From Azolla caroliniana (lineage: Eukaryota; Plantae; Polypodiophyta): a stretch of DNA of 64,000 nucleotides. Positions 23,418 to 35,775 of the stretch are shown one piece after another; positions within the stretch are counted from its first letter, which is position 1, and each line of letters starts with the position of its first letter. The position numbers and the translations under genes were made by a program. The notes under the pieces were generated by a model that saw only the letters and a list, made by a program, of their open reading frames with translations, was not told where the DNA came from and ran no database searches. The DNA lies in contig JBHGNT010000017.1 of the NCBI GenBank assembly GCA_043228905.1, forward strand, positions 7,750,001-7,814,000, written 5' to 3'.

Positions 23418-26400
23418 TTATGCATAGCCGACTCGTTGAACACGACGTTCAAACTTCAGACGATTTGTCCGTGCTCGGGGTCCCAGAGTCGGTATCCAAT
23501 CTCGTCGTCGGGTCCATATCCAAGGAAAACACATTTCCTTGATCTTGGTTCGAGTTTCCGGCGGTCATCTTTCGGTATGAAGGCATACTCCTCATAGCCG
23601 AAGATCCTCAGCTTGTCATAATTCGGCTTACTGCCGGTCCATGTTTCCTGAGGTATTTTAAGTCCTAGAGGTCTACTTGGCGGCATATTTATGATGTGTA
23701 CTGCCGTAAGTAGAGCCTCCGCCCAGAAGCCATCCGACAGTCCGGAGTATTGGACCATGGATACTATGCGTTCTTGAATCGTTTGATTCATGTGTTCAGC
23801 AATTCTGTTCTGCTCCGAACTATAGGGTTCCTGACAAAATTTGACGAATGCTGTTTGATTCATGTGTTCAGCAATTCTGTTCTGCTCCGAACTATAGGGT
23901 GTCTTATATTCACGTCGAATGCCGCGTTCCTGACAAAATTTGACGAATTCTTCAGACTTCAATTCTCCTCCGTTGTCGGTTCGGAGACATTTTAGTTTCC
24001 GACCAGTCTTATTTTCGACCATTGCAAGCCATTCGAAGAAGATCGAGAACACCCGATCTTTGGTTCTGATGGGGTAAGCCCACACCTTCCGAGTCGAGTC
24101 GTCAATAAAACTGACTGATGTGGCATCGGGCCACAGACGTCCGAGTGGACCAAATCGAGGGGACTCGATTCTCTTGGTGCTGATATCGGGTGTGATGCGG
24201 GTACTTGTTTGCCGTACTGGCAATGTTCACAAAATTGGTGATCCGAGAAGGAGAGTTTGGGGATGTAACCGGCTCTAGATAGGTGCGTTATGTCGGCCTT
24301 GTTGAGGGTCCAAGTCGTCCGTGTCATAACGATGACACAGGGATATCAACCAGAAATAAGTCACCCTCTTTGAGTGTGACATATAAAGGGTACAAGGAAT
24401 GTACCTTTGGTCCTCGGGCAAGTAGGAGGTTCCCTTTGTGGAGTGTCCACGCTCCTGATGAGAATCTGGCATGGATGCCGGTTTCGTCAAGCTGTCCAAC
24501 TGATATCAAGGGTCTTGAGAGCTCAGGAACGTGTAGGACGTTGTGTAGTACAAGTGAAGAGCCACCCAGAAGGTTGAGCTCTACGGTGCCGATTCCGATT
24601 ATAGCACAGTGCTGCGAGTTTCCGACTCGAACTGAGTCGGAGTGCCGGTCCAAGTATTGCCAAAACTGAGATCGGTGAGGTGTCACATGATACGATGCGC
24701 CCGAGTCCAAGAGCCATGTGCTCAATTCCTCAGTCATAAGCAAAACTTCTGATTCAACTAGGTTCTCTATGGACAATATGTTTGGGTTAGTCGTCAAAAT
24801 TTCGGCTGAAGAGCCAATGTGGTTGACCTCCTCATGCCGGCTACTCTTGTGATCCACTCTCTGAGCTTTGTCTGTTTTTGCTTTGAGTGCCCGGCAGTCG
24901 GCTTTGATGTGTCTCGGTTTCTTGCAATAGTTGCAGATTCGGTTGTCCTAGGACTTGCTCCGGCTTCGTTGATTGTTTGGCGGTCGGGAAGAACTTCTTC
25001 CCCGGTTGTTCGATCGGTCGGTCGAACCTTGTACTACGTAAGCTTCATCTCTCGAGTCTTTGGCGAAAGACTTTCTCCGAGTTGCTTCAGTCAGGATTGT
25101 GCTCGTGACTTCGGAGTACTCAACGACAACTGTTGAAGCATTGCACACGGTTGTAACGAAAGTTTCCCATGAAGAGGGCAGACTACCCATGAGTATCATT
25201 GCTTTGAGTTCATCCTCGATTGCCGTCCCCTGAGACGAGATTTGGGAGCTTATGCTTTCGTACTCGTTGAGGTGTGCCTGAACCGAATCGGATTCCTTCA
25301 TCCGCAAGTTGTAGAGGCGCCGGATCAGATACATCTTCATTGCATCGACCTTCTTTTCATAAGTTTCCGACAGTGTTTTCCATAGTTCAAAAGTTGTCAA
25401 GCACAATTGCACTGTGAAGTACACTCACTCCAATAAGTGCATTCGAATTGTGGCGCGGACGATTCTGTCCAGCTTTAGCCATTCGTTTGCCTTGTATGCT
25501 TCTGGAGGATTTTCATTCTCAATCGGGTCTATCTGACCCTTGACTATGAGATAGTCATGCATTTGTTCCTTCCTGAAGTTGAAGTTCGAACCGTCGAACC
25601 TCCTTAGACTCATCTCCGATGAGCCGGATGTTGATGCCATCTACTTCGGTTTTGGTTGGTAAGACTCGGTTCAGAGTTGACTATGAACCTTAGTGGGGTG
25701 TAGCTGGTCGGTCGGCTCACCGATATCGTTCTAGTCGGTTTTGAACCCGAGTCGGTTTGGTTTCGGATACTTGTTGCTGAACTTGCTCGGCGTGACTCCG
25801 GTAACTTGAGGGACAGAACCGGCTGGTCTTCTCGAATGTTGCCAAATCGGAGTGATCCCGGTTAGCTTCCGATTGTATGTCGAATACCGATTACAAGAAA
25901 CCGATTATTTGGGCCGATTCTGCTTCGGGTGACTGCAACGATGAGAGGGGCAGATCCAACTGATCCTCCCGAATGTCGATCAGCCGAATGAAGCACGAAT
26001 TTGGTTGTTGCCAGGAGACCAATCTGTAGCAGGTGGTTACAACAAGCGAGTGAATAGCGTCCGGTGACCTATTCGAATGTTGTTTAACCGAATGAAGCAT
26101 GACTGGGTCGGGTGTTGCACAAGGAGTTCGCCTCAAGCAGTTACAATCACAGGAATAGAGTACCGCCAGCTAGCTTACTCCAATTAGTGATTTAACATAG
26201 TGAGATGCAAACTTCTTGTTTCTCTTCTCTCTCCTCTATTCTTCAAGGAGTTACCAAAAACATAATGTTGTGGTGTACCATGACGACCGACTGTGGGTTG
26301 AAGAACCTCCAACGCTCTGATACCAAATGTTGGGGACAAGGTCATCAGTGCGAAAGAACAAACAACATTTGTGATGTTGAAGGACCTGTGTATGAGAATG

Positions 26401-26754
26401 AAATAAGATACACAGAGAGAGAGAGAGAGATAGGCACAAACAACAGTTACAGGGAGTGGGGTGGGGGTAGTACACGTTGCATTTAATGGGGGGAGACAAT
26501 TGTTGCGTATTCAGGAGTCACGACTGATTTGGGGGCTATTTCCCCCTCACTTTTAATTTAGCATGCCACATTAATTGAATTTGGCACTTCTCACCATTTT
26601 GGCATCTCCTCTTCCTCCTTCCAATCGAGCCCATCTCAGATTCACCATTTTTTGGTTCTTTGCATCTCAGGTATTCGCAACACGCGAATGTCCCCAAGAT
26701 TTGGTTGTTCTTTGTGTCACACATCTTCCCCATCTTCGCCTTTTGTCGGTTTGT

Positions 26755-26875
26755 CTTCTCCTTCCCTCAGTATTTTTTCTCCTTCCCTCGTATGTCGTCT
26801 CCTTCCCTCGGTATCTCTTCTCCATCACTCGGTATGTCTTCTCCTTCCCTCGGTATATCTTCTCCTTCACTTGGT
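26755..26875 (+). repeat. ~21-bp minisatellite (CTTCTCCTTCCCTCGGTATGT-like, 5-6 copies)
   Basis: Visible tandem units upstream of the transposase. Confidence 0.7.
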
Positions 26876-27443
26876 ATTACTCTTACATTTCTGTAGCATA
26901 AGTTCTCTAGTGTTTATCAGAGTTATTATTTACGGTGTAGGTTATTTTAGAACTGTTTTTAGGCTTTAATATTTATAGTTTATCCTTTCAAAAGGAAACT
27001 TTAAGATTTATTATGCTGAAAAGATTATTTCTTCATCGTCATCATGATTATTATTGTCATTATCATCTCCATCTACTTGTTCATTGTTACCATATTACGT
27101 TGAGCATATTGTTATTTGTATTATTTCCCGATCTTAATAGAATGATAATCTTCTGCCAATGATGTCTAGCACATGTGGATAACACCTAAAACTTGACTTC
27201 TTCTTCTTTTTTCCAAAATGAAGCTACTTTCCCATTAGTTAGGCTTTTATATTAGCCTATTGCTATGGTTGTCTTTCTTAGTATTGTATTGTTTTGTTAA
27301 AGGAATATATGATTGTGGCATTATCGTACATGTTTATTCGAAAACTGGTTGATAATTATGTTATGACGTATTAAGTACGTTTATTCTACAATGTATTAAG
27401 CATTTATTTTGATTAATTAGGTATTGAAATAACAAGAAATTAG

Positions 27444-29115
27444 GTGTTGGAATACATGAGAGTGGCAATGGTAGATGTCAAGGAGAGTGAGTTGTCATGT
27501 AGCAATTCTATGTCTGAGTGGAGTAAGAGACGGGTGGTTCTTCACTTAGTCCGTTATTTACCAGAAGTAATTGAGAGATTTACCTAGGAAGATTGTAGGG
27601 ATATTATCTCTAGAGTGTTACACCATCAACTTTTGAATGAGTGCATAGAGAATATTAAGTTTAGAGACCAATGTGTTTCAGAGGAGATTGTAGAGTCTAT
27701 GAAGTCATCCGTACACTTAGTGAAAGGGGTAGAGAGCATAGATAAACTTGGTGCAAAGAGAGTAGCCCTTCACACGGTTGTAAATGGTACAAGAAAAAAA
27801 AAATTAGTGATACTAAAGTCGCCTTAGCCCTTGGTATTCAAAGAAGGAACTTGAGGAAGCATCGGACAAATATATAGTCAAATCAATTTAAGTGGTTGGG
27901 GTTAGGCCGTAGACGACGATGTGATGCCTTGTCTCATGAGATTATTGAGAAAGTGGATTCTCTTTGGACAAAAAACACACCTGTCTCACCGAATAAAAAA
28001 GATGTATGTAGACAAGTTACGTATAAGTCAGGGTAGGTACTAGATTCACCCAAGACACTTCTTGGAGATGACTGAGGTAATTCTTTTGTTTTTATCTATT
28101 TGGTTTTAAATATTTTCTTTTACTAAAGGATTCTATTAACATTAACTATTTATTAACTTAAGTAGGCTGAATTGTTCATGAACTTCAAAGACCAACATCC
28201 TAACATCAATCTTGGATTTCGCAAGTTCCAAGGTTTGAAACCGTTTTTTGTTAGAAAGTTAAAAGAGAGGAACACATGTTGTTGTGTGTACCACATTAAA
28301 ATGGACATGTTAAGGCTTTGCCTAAACACTATGCGTACTGATTCTAAGGGTATACACGGGGATGGGTGTGTTTACACTTGTGAGGTATGTAGACCAAATG
28401 GGAGTGATAATAGATGTAATGCGCGAAACATGACTTATGCATCGGTTTTTGAGTTATGGAGGTCTTTTGTTTGTAAAAAACAACCATCATCTGAGTGGCA
28501 TAATCGTACATGTCTTCTAAGAACGTGTAAGGTTTGCCCACAACTGCCATTTTGTAGATAGGAGCTTGATGTAGATTATTGTCATACTGTGAAATGGAAA
28601 TATTTAGAGTATGTGACAGAAAATATAGGTAAGGGTTTCGTTAGTAAGTGTATCAAGGAAGTATATAAGGAGACATTTGTTGCTACCCTTGTCTCAGAGT
28701 TTAAGAACCAACTCAGGGAGTTCATTCCACATAACTTTAGGAGTTATTGGTAAAATTCGCAGTTCAAGGAATGTATAAATAACTTACCACCAGATGTTAT
28801 AGTATTTGTTATTGACTTTGCAAAGAACTATACGTTTAAAGTTCAAAATGAGGTTCAATCACTGCATTGGTACAATGACCAATGTACAATACTTGTACAT
28901 ATTTGCTATTGGAGAGAAGACGGTGAGTTACATAAGAAATCAATATTCTACATTTCAGATGATAAAAAGCATGATACGCTATTTGTTCAACATTGTTTTA
29001 AGCTTCACAATGCAGATTTATTGTCCTTGGGTGTTAACTTTAATCGCCATTGGGTTTGGTTTGATGGTGCTACCTCACAATTTAAGGCGGCCCGGTCCTT
29101 CTACTTCATTGCAAG
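27444..29115 (+). pseudogene. Intron-containing DDD/E transposase relic, Sola2-like (exons ~27444..28076 and 28166..29115; C-terminal exon absent)
   Basis: Cys-rich region (RNTCCCVYH, CEVC, CLLRTCKVC), then IDFAKNY..VQNEVQSLHW...QCTILVH...ISDDKKHD..FVQHC...WVWFDGATSQFK in one frame with stops at 28559 and 28751. GT-AG intron 28077..28165 keeps the frame. Confidence 0.7.
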
Positions 29116-29199
29116 GTGAGGAAATAATCCATATGTTTGATACTTATAAATGGAAGTCTATTTTGGTAATACTCCATAGTACTTATAAATGTTTGTATA

Positions 29200-29815
29200 A
29201 AATACTGAATTAGTAACTCTCCAGCTACATGCACCAATACTGTCTTGAAATGTGAATCTGAACTAATTGGTCATTTAGTTCTCTCCTCCTAGATTCACTA
29301 GTACTAATTATGGTAATAACCATGTTAAGTAAACTTAACTTATAGCTTTGTACTGTCCTCCTACATGCACAAGTACGAATTAAGGTTTAGGCCTTGTAAT
29401 GCATCCTTAATTTACAACATAGTATTGTCCTCTCTAGTGCACATGCACAAGTACTGACTATGCACTGTCGTCTCTTGTGCATTAGTACTAATGAATAACT
29501 TAGTACTATCCTCTTTCATTCATTAGTACTAATTTATAACTTTGGACCGCCATCCGGCAAGCACGAGCACTAATTAATACTTACATTATCCTCTCTCGGT
29601 AATGTTTGTACTAATTCATAACTTAGCTATATTCAACTTTGTTCGTTAGTTCTAATTTATAACTTAGGATTGTGCTCTCTCATTAATACTAATTATTAAC
29701 TTAATACTATCCAACCATGTTCATTAGTACTAATTATTAACTTTGTATTGTCCAACTTTGTTCATTAAGACCAACTTATAAGTTAGGACTGTCCTCTCTC
29801 ATGCATTAAGGTTAA
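29200..29815. repeat. Degenerate ~40-bp tandem array with CATTAGTACTAAT core
   Basis: Repeated TAGTACTA palindrome followed by TTATAACTT. Confidence 0.75.
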
Positions 29816-30055
29816 GGGACAAATGTTTACCTACTGTTACATCTTCATCTTGATCTTTTGTGGATGAGTCTTTGCATATGACTGTGTTTGTCACGTGCTG
29901 CAAGACGTGGTTTGCATTGGCATCCCAATCGTCATTGTTGCTTGGGATGGTCCCAATTTCAAGTTGGGGCTCTTCATCATGTCAATATTTCACAACACTC
30001 TCTATATATTAATACACTTGTACATTATTGTCACGTGAAGTAATATGGTCAAAAT

Positions 30056-33000
30056 TGTTGGGATTTCGGTCCCTCCAGAGGGGATCTTGAGAACCGGATG
30101 TAGAAGAACCGGTAAGAACCAGATGTAGAAGACATATCTGTAAATATGTTTCTGAGCGAGCCCATTAAGGCTATATTTGTAAATAGCCCTAAGTTCATAT
30201 AAGTATAAATATGACTTAGGGTAATCACTTTAGTGTGGTTGTTATATTGATGTAATTGTTGTATAGAGAAAGTGGGAGAGAGAGAGATACAGAGCGATAC
30301 TCTAATGTAACTGGCACTGTGTGAAGAAACAGAGCTTAAGGTCATTGCCTCCAAGTCTCTAATTGTACCCATTCTCTTCATAGTGATAGTTCGGAGTCTG
30401 TGGGCTCCCGTGGTTTTTTCCCTATCAGGGTTTTTCCACGTAAACATCCTGTGTCATTTTTCTTGTGTACTCTCCACTTGCCATTTCTGTGTTTGATTCT
30501 TATAGAAGTAATTTATTACTCAATTGTGGTCGAGCGATATTCCGTGCATTCCTCATCAAATTGGTATTAGAGCGAACAACACAGAAAATGGAAGAATCTT
30601 TCGACGGCATGTTCAAACTCACCGACTCCAACTACTTAGTGTGGAAGTCGAAGATGACGGGCATGCTGGTGGTTAAAGATCTTTGGTTGCCGGTTCAGTT
30701 CGAGGACAAGAGACCGGATAAGATCGAAGCCACGGTGTGGGAGGTGATGCACATGAAGACGACGGCATACATCCGGTGCTTCATCGACATGAGCCTGTAC
30801 CACAACTTCAATGAAGAGAGAAAGGCTCATGAACTCTGGGAGAAGATCGACATCATGTTCCAGAACAAGAATGTCATTAATCGGGTTTCGGTATTTTCGA
30901 AAGCTAGTGAGGCTCAGATACCAAGACGGCTCCAGTATGGTAGAGCACATGAATGCCTTCCAGGGGCTGATACACCAAGAAACCTCGTTGGAAGTACCTC
31001 TTGCCGATGAGTTGTGGTACAAAAGACTGTGTCACATGAGTGAGAAGGGGATGAAGAGGCTTGTCGAAGACAACCTCATTCCGGTGAAGGACGTGCAACT
31101 TGAGAAGTGCACCAACTGCTTGGCCGGCAAGCAAAACCGCACCTCCTTCCGGTCAAGACCACCGATGAGACGGAATGCACCACTAGAGCTGGTACATACC
31201 GATGTGTGTCAAGTCAACACGAAGTCACATGTTGGATCGCAGTACTTCATGACGTTCATAGACGACCACAACCGAAAGTTGTGGGTCTCATCGTTGAAGA
31301 CGAAGGACCCAGTGTTATCCGTCTTCAAGGAGTTCCACGCGAGAGTAGAAAGAGAAACCGGCCAGAAGCTGAAAGCGGTTCGAGCAGATAACGAAGGAGA
31401 ATGCCGATGGCAGTTCGAGGAGTACTACTAGTCAAAGGGAATCCGGCTTGAGTTTACTGTGCCGAAGACGCCAGAACTAAACGGGTTGACCGAAAGGATG
31501 AACCGGACCATAATGGAGAGAGTCTGAAGCATGCTTGCACATACCAAGTTACCCAAGACGTTTTGGGCTGAGGCATTCACGACGGTGACCTATGTGATAA
31601 ACAAATCACCCTCAGTACCCTTGGACGGAGACTCATTGCAGAAAGTATGGACCAGTAAGGATGTGTCTTACCGGCATCTGAAGGTGTTCAGGTGTCTCGC
31701 ATACGTGCATGTGGCGAAGGACAAGAGAGCAAAGCTGGATCCGAAGTCCCGGCCATGCATATTCCTTGGATACGGCAATGATGAGTTTGGTTACCGGGTG
31801 TGGGATCTGGTCAATAGAAAGGTGTCCCGGAGTCAAGACATAGTCTTCATGGAAGACAGGACCATTGTCGATTGGGAGTTGGAGAAGAAGGTAACGAACT
31901 CCAGATCATCCATTGAAAACCGGTTTGAGGACAAAAGGATATACCCAGTTGAAAACCGGATGCTAGCCGATAACCGGATGACACTCGACGAACCAGCCGG
32001 ATTCGGACTAGAAACCGAACCGACCGAAGAAGAAGAAGAAGACACCGGAACCGGACAAGACCCCGAATCGGATTTGGAACAAACGGAGGAACCGACAGTC
32101 AGAAACCAAGGATGGAGATATCCTCTCCGGGAGAGAAGAGCCCCCCGAAGATTTCCGAATGCAGAGCATGTGTTGCTAACCGATGAGGGGGAGCCGGAAA
32201 GCTTTGAAGAACAAGTGGGGACACCCACAACCGCAAGTGGTTGAGTGCCATGCAGGATGAGATGGATTCCCTGCATGAGAACCACATATACGAATTGGTG
32301 GAGTTGCCGAAAGGAAAGAGGGCACTCTGGAACAAGTGGGTGTACAAGCTGAAACCGGGAGACGCCGGAAATCAACCAAGGTATAAGGCCCGAATCATGG
32401 TGAAGGGTTTCCAACAGAAGAAAGGAGTGGACTTCGATGAGATCTTTGCCCCGGTAGTAAAGATGACATCCATCCAGACGGTATTGGGCATAGCGGCAAG
32501 TATGGACCTCGAGGTAGAGCAGTTGGACGTCAAGACGACATTCCTACACGGAGACCTCAAAGAAGAGATCTACATGCACCAACTGGAAGGATTTGAGAAG
32601 AAAGGGAAGGAGCACCTGGTGTGCAAGCTGAAGAAGAGCTTATACGGACTGAAGCAGGCTCCCCGACAATGGTACCGGAAGTTCGACTCCTTCATGACCG
32701 ACCAAGGGTACCACAAGACGCAAGCCGATCACTACGTGTTTGTGAAGAAATTTGACGGAGGAGACTTCCTAATACTCCTCCTATATGTGGATGATATGTT
32801 GATCGTCGGACGAGACCAAGTCAAAATACAGATGCTGAAGAAGGCCCTGAACCGGACTTTCTCAATGAAAGACTTGGGTCCGACAAGACAGATATTGGGG
32901 ATGCACATCATCCAGGACTGGTCGAAGAAGCTATTGTGGCTATCATAGGAAAAGTACATGAAGAAGGTGCTTCAGCGGTTCAACATGTCGGATGCGAAAC

Positions 33001-34297
33001 CGGTCGGATTGACACTTCCGGCAAACTGCAAGCTATCCGGAAAGCAGAGCCTGAGGACAAAGGCAGAGAAGGCGAATATGATGAAGATACCATATGCCTC
33101 TGCCATCGGGAGTTTGATGTACACAATGGTGTGTACCCGAACGGATATTGAATATGCAGTCGAAGTGGTGAGCCGGTTCATGAGCAATCCCGGAAGAGAG
33201 CACTGGAACGTGGTCAAGTGGATACTCCGGTATTTGAAAGGCACCCCGAGCATGTGCCTCCGATTCGGCTCTGGTAAACCCCATTTTGACATATTCACGT
33301 ATTCGGATATGTCAGCTGATGCGGATACCAACCGGTCTACATCCGGATATGTCATGACCTATGCAGGGGGAGCTGTTTCGTGGCAGTCGAGGCTACAGAA
33401 GACGGTTGCGTTGTCAACCACGGAAGCGGAGTATATGGTAGTTGTGAAAGCCGGCAAAGAAATAATCTGGATGAAGGACTTCATTGGTGAGCTAGGGATC
33501 CAACAAGAGGAATACCGGCTCTACTACGATAGTTAGAGCGCCATCCACCTTGCAAAGAACGTGGCCTACCATTCAAGAACAAAGCACATCCAGCGCAGGT
33601 ACCACTGGATCCGGGAGAGAGTTGAAGATCGAGAGTTCGTGCTGACGAAGATCCACACGGAGGAGACGGGTCGGACATGCTGACCAAAGTGCTGACACCT
33701 GACAAGCTGGACGCATGTCGGACGCAGATTGGGCTGACGAAACATCCCATGCCAGAGTGAAGGGGAAGATTGTTGGGATTTCGGTCCCTCTGGAGGGGAT
33801 CTTGAGAATCGGATGTAGAAGACCCGGTGAGAACCAGATGTAGAAGACCCGATAAGAACCAGATGTAGAAGACATATCTGTAAATATGTTTCTGAGTAAG
33901 CCCATTGAGGCTATATTTGTAAATAGCCCTAAGTTCATATAAGTATAAATATGACTTAGGGCAATCACTTTAGTGTGATTGTTATATTGTTGTAACTGTT
34001 GTACAAAGAGAGTGGGGGAGAGAGAGAGATACAGAGCAATACTCTGTTGTAACCGCCACTGTGCGAAGAAACAGAGCTTGAGGTCGTTGCATTTGAGTCT
34101 CTGATTGTACCCATTCTCTTCATAGTGATAGTTTGGAGTCTGTGGGCTTCCGTGGTTTTTTCCCTATCAGGGTTTTTCCATGTAAACATCCTGTGTCATT
34201 TTTCTTATGTACTCTCCACTTGCCATTTCTGTGTTTGATTCTTATAGAAGTGATTTAGTACTCGATTGTGGCCCAGCAATATTCTGTGCTCCCAACA
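30056..34297 (+). mobile_element. Ty1/copia Copia-6, internally deleted relative of Copia-1
   Basis: LTRs 30056..30558 and 33771..34297, PBS TGGTATTAGAGC at 30562..30573, PPT before 33771. INT/RT/RH are highly similar to Copia-1. The zinc knuckle and protease are missing and there is no matching TSD. Confidence 0.93.
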
Positions 34298-34899
34298 TGT
34301 ACCTGGAAGTGAGATAAATTCTTCTTCATATTGTGGATCTGAATCTGTATCTCCATTTTCATTACTCTTTTCTTCCTTGTCGAAAAACAAAAGTACGTAG
34401 TATTAGTCTAACTCAATAACTTTACAACAGCCACAAGTTTGTGAGAATTTGTATTACCCACCACAACAATCAACTTTTCATTTCTTCCCCTTTCCATACA
34501 ATTTCCTTGCAGCATTACGCTTCTTCGTAGGCTCTTTGATAGAAACATAATAAATTAGTAGTATACCAACATTTCAAAAATTAGAAGTGCAAACACAATT
34601 AGCATTACCATGCACACAGTCTGGGCGTGCAGAGCTAGGAGATTTTGTTTCAAGCAACACATCTTCAACTGTTCCAATGGCCCTTCTCATACATTCATCT
34701 TCATCATAAATTTCATCAGGTATCACTAAGGAACGACCGTGAACTTTGGAATTTGCAGCAGACTTTGTACGTAGTATCGTGGGGCCTAGTTTGTCAATTA
34801 CCTTCCCTAGTGTGGTGTTGCTAGATACTACAACATTCATATTATAAGCATGCATATATTACAAGAGTACATATTATAACATGAGTCCAAAATTACAAA

Positions 34900-35775
34900 T
34901 ATTATTAGTACTTATTCAACTAATCACGAAGCAATACAATGTAATCAGTAATGTTGGTACTTAATCAACAACTTAGGAACTTAAAGGAATATAGTACCGA
35001 TCCACCTGGACATGCATATTTCATCTGGTAATGAAAATGTTAGTACTAAAAAGCCAACACATTCATGTCTATTTGTTCGGTCATGCAAAGCCTAAGTCGA
35101 GTGGACACAAAAAGTACAATGTAATAAACAATGTTAGTACTAATACAAGTTATACAACTAAACATTTAAGACCCTTCGTACCAAATAATCAATACTGAAT
35201 CAATTGATCACGAAGGAATACAATATAATCAGTATTGTTAGTACTTAATCAACAACTTAGGAACTTAAAGGAAGAGTATTGATCCACCTGGACATGCATA
35301 TTTCCTCTGGTAATGAACATTGTTAGTACTAAAACGCCAAGACCTTCATGCCTATTTGTTAGGTCATGCAAAGCCTAAGTCAAGTGAACTCAAAAAGTAC
35401 AATGCAATTAACCAATGTTAGTACTAATACAAGTTATACAACTAAACATTTAAGACCTTCCGTACTAAATAATTAGTATTGTTAGTACTTAATAACAGAT
35501 TCTTAGGAACTTAAAGGAATAGTATTGAACCACCTGGACATGCATATTTCATCTGATAATGAACAATGTTAGTACTAAACAGCCAAGACCGACATGCCTA
35601 TTTGTTCGATCATGCAAAGCCTAAGTCAAGTGGACACAAAAAGTACAATGCAATAAACAATGTTAGTACTAATACAAGTTATACAACTAAACATTTAAGA
35701 CCTTTAGTACTAAATAATCCGCACTAAATCAACTAATCATCCTGGATTACAATGTAATCAGTAATGTTAGTATTG
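34900..35775. repeat. Tandem repeat, three copies of ~250-280 bp with internal AATGTTAGTACTAA sub-repeats
   Basis: CCACCTGGACATGCATATTTC occurs at 35002, 35284 and 35530. Confidence 0.9.

Larger units (their letters stand above)
13611..26451 (-). mobile_element. Ty1/copia Copia-4, degenerate; 3' LTR 13611..15682 split by a LINE, 5' LTR 26328..26451 truncated, integrase split by Copia-5
   Basis: Both LTR copies begin TGTTGGGGACAAGG on the plus strand. PBS (GCTCTGATACCA on +) just left of 26328. PPT at 15683..15690. gag start MASTSGSSEM at 25640, plus WLLDSGAS, TDNGGE, IYVDDML and SKHIDVRYHF fragments. Confidence 0.92.

Noticed and set aside
34900-35775. CRISPR-like appearance of regularly spaced TAGTACTA motifs (also 29200-29815)
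   Set aside because: The spacers are homologous to each other, there are no cas genes, and the context is eukaryotic; this is a tandem repeat.
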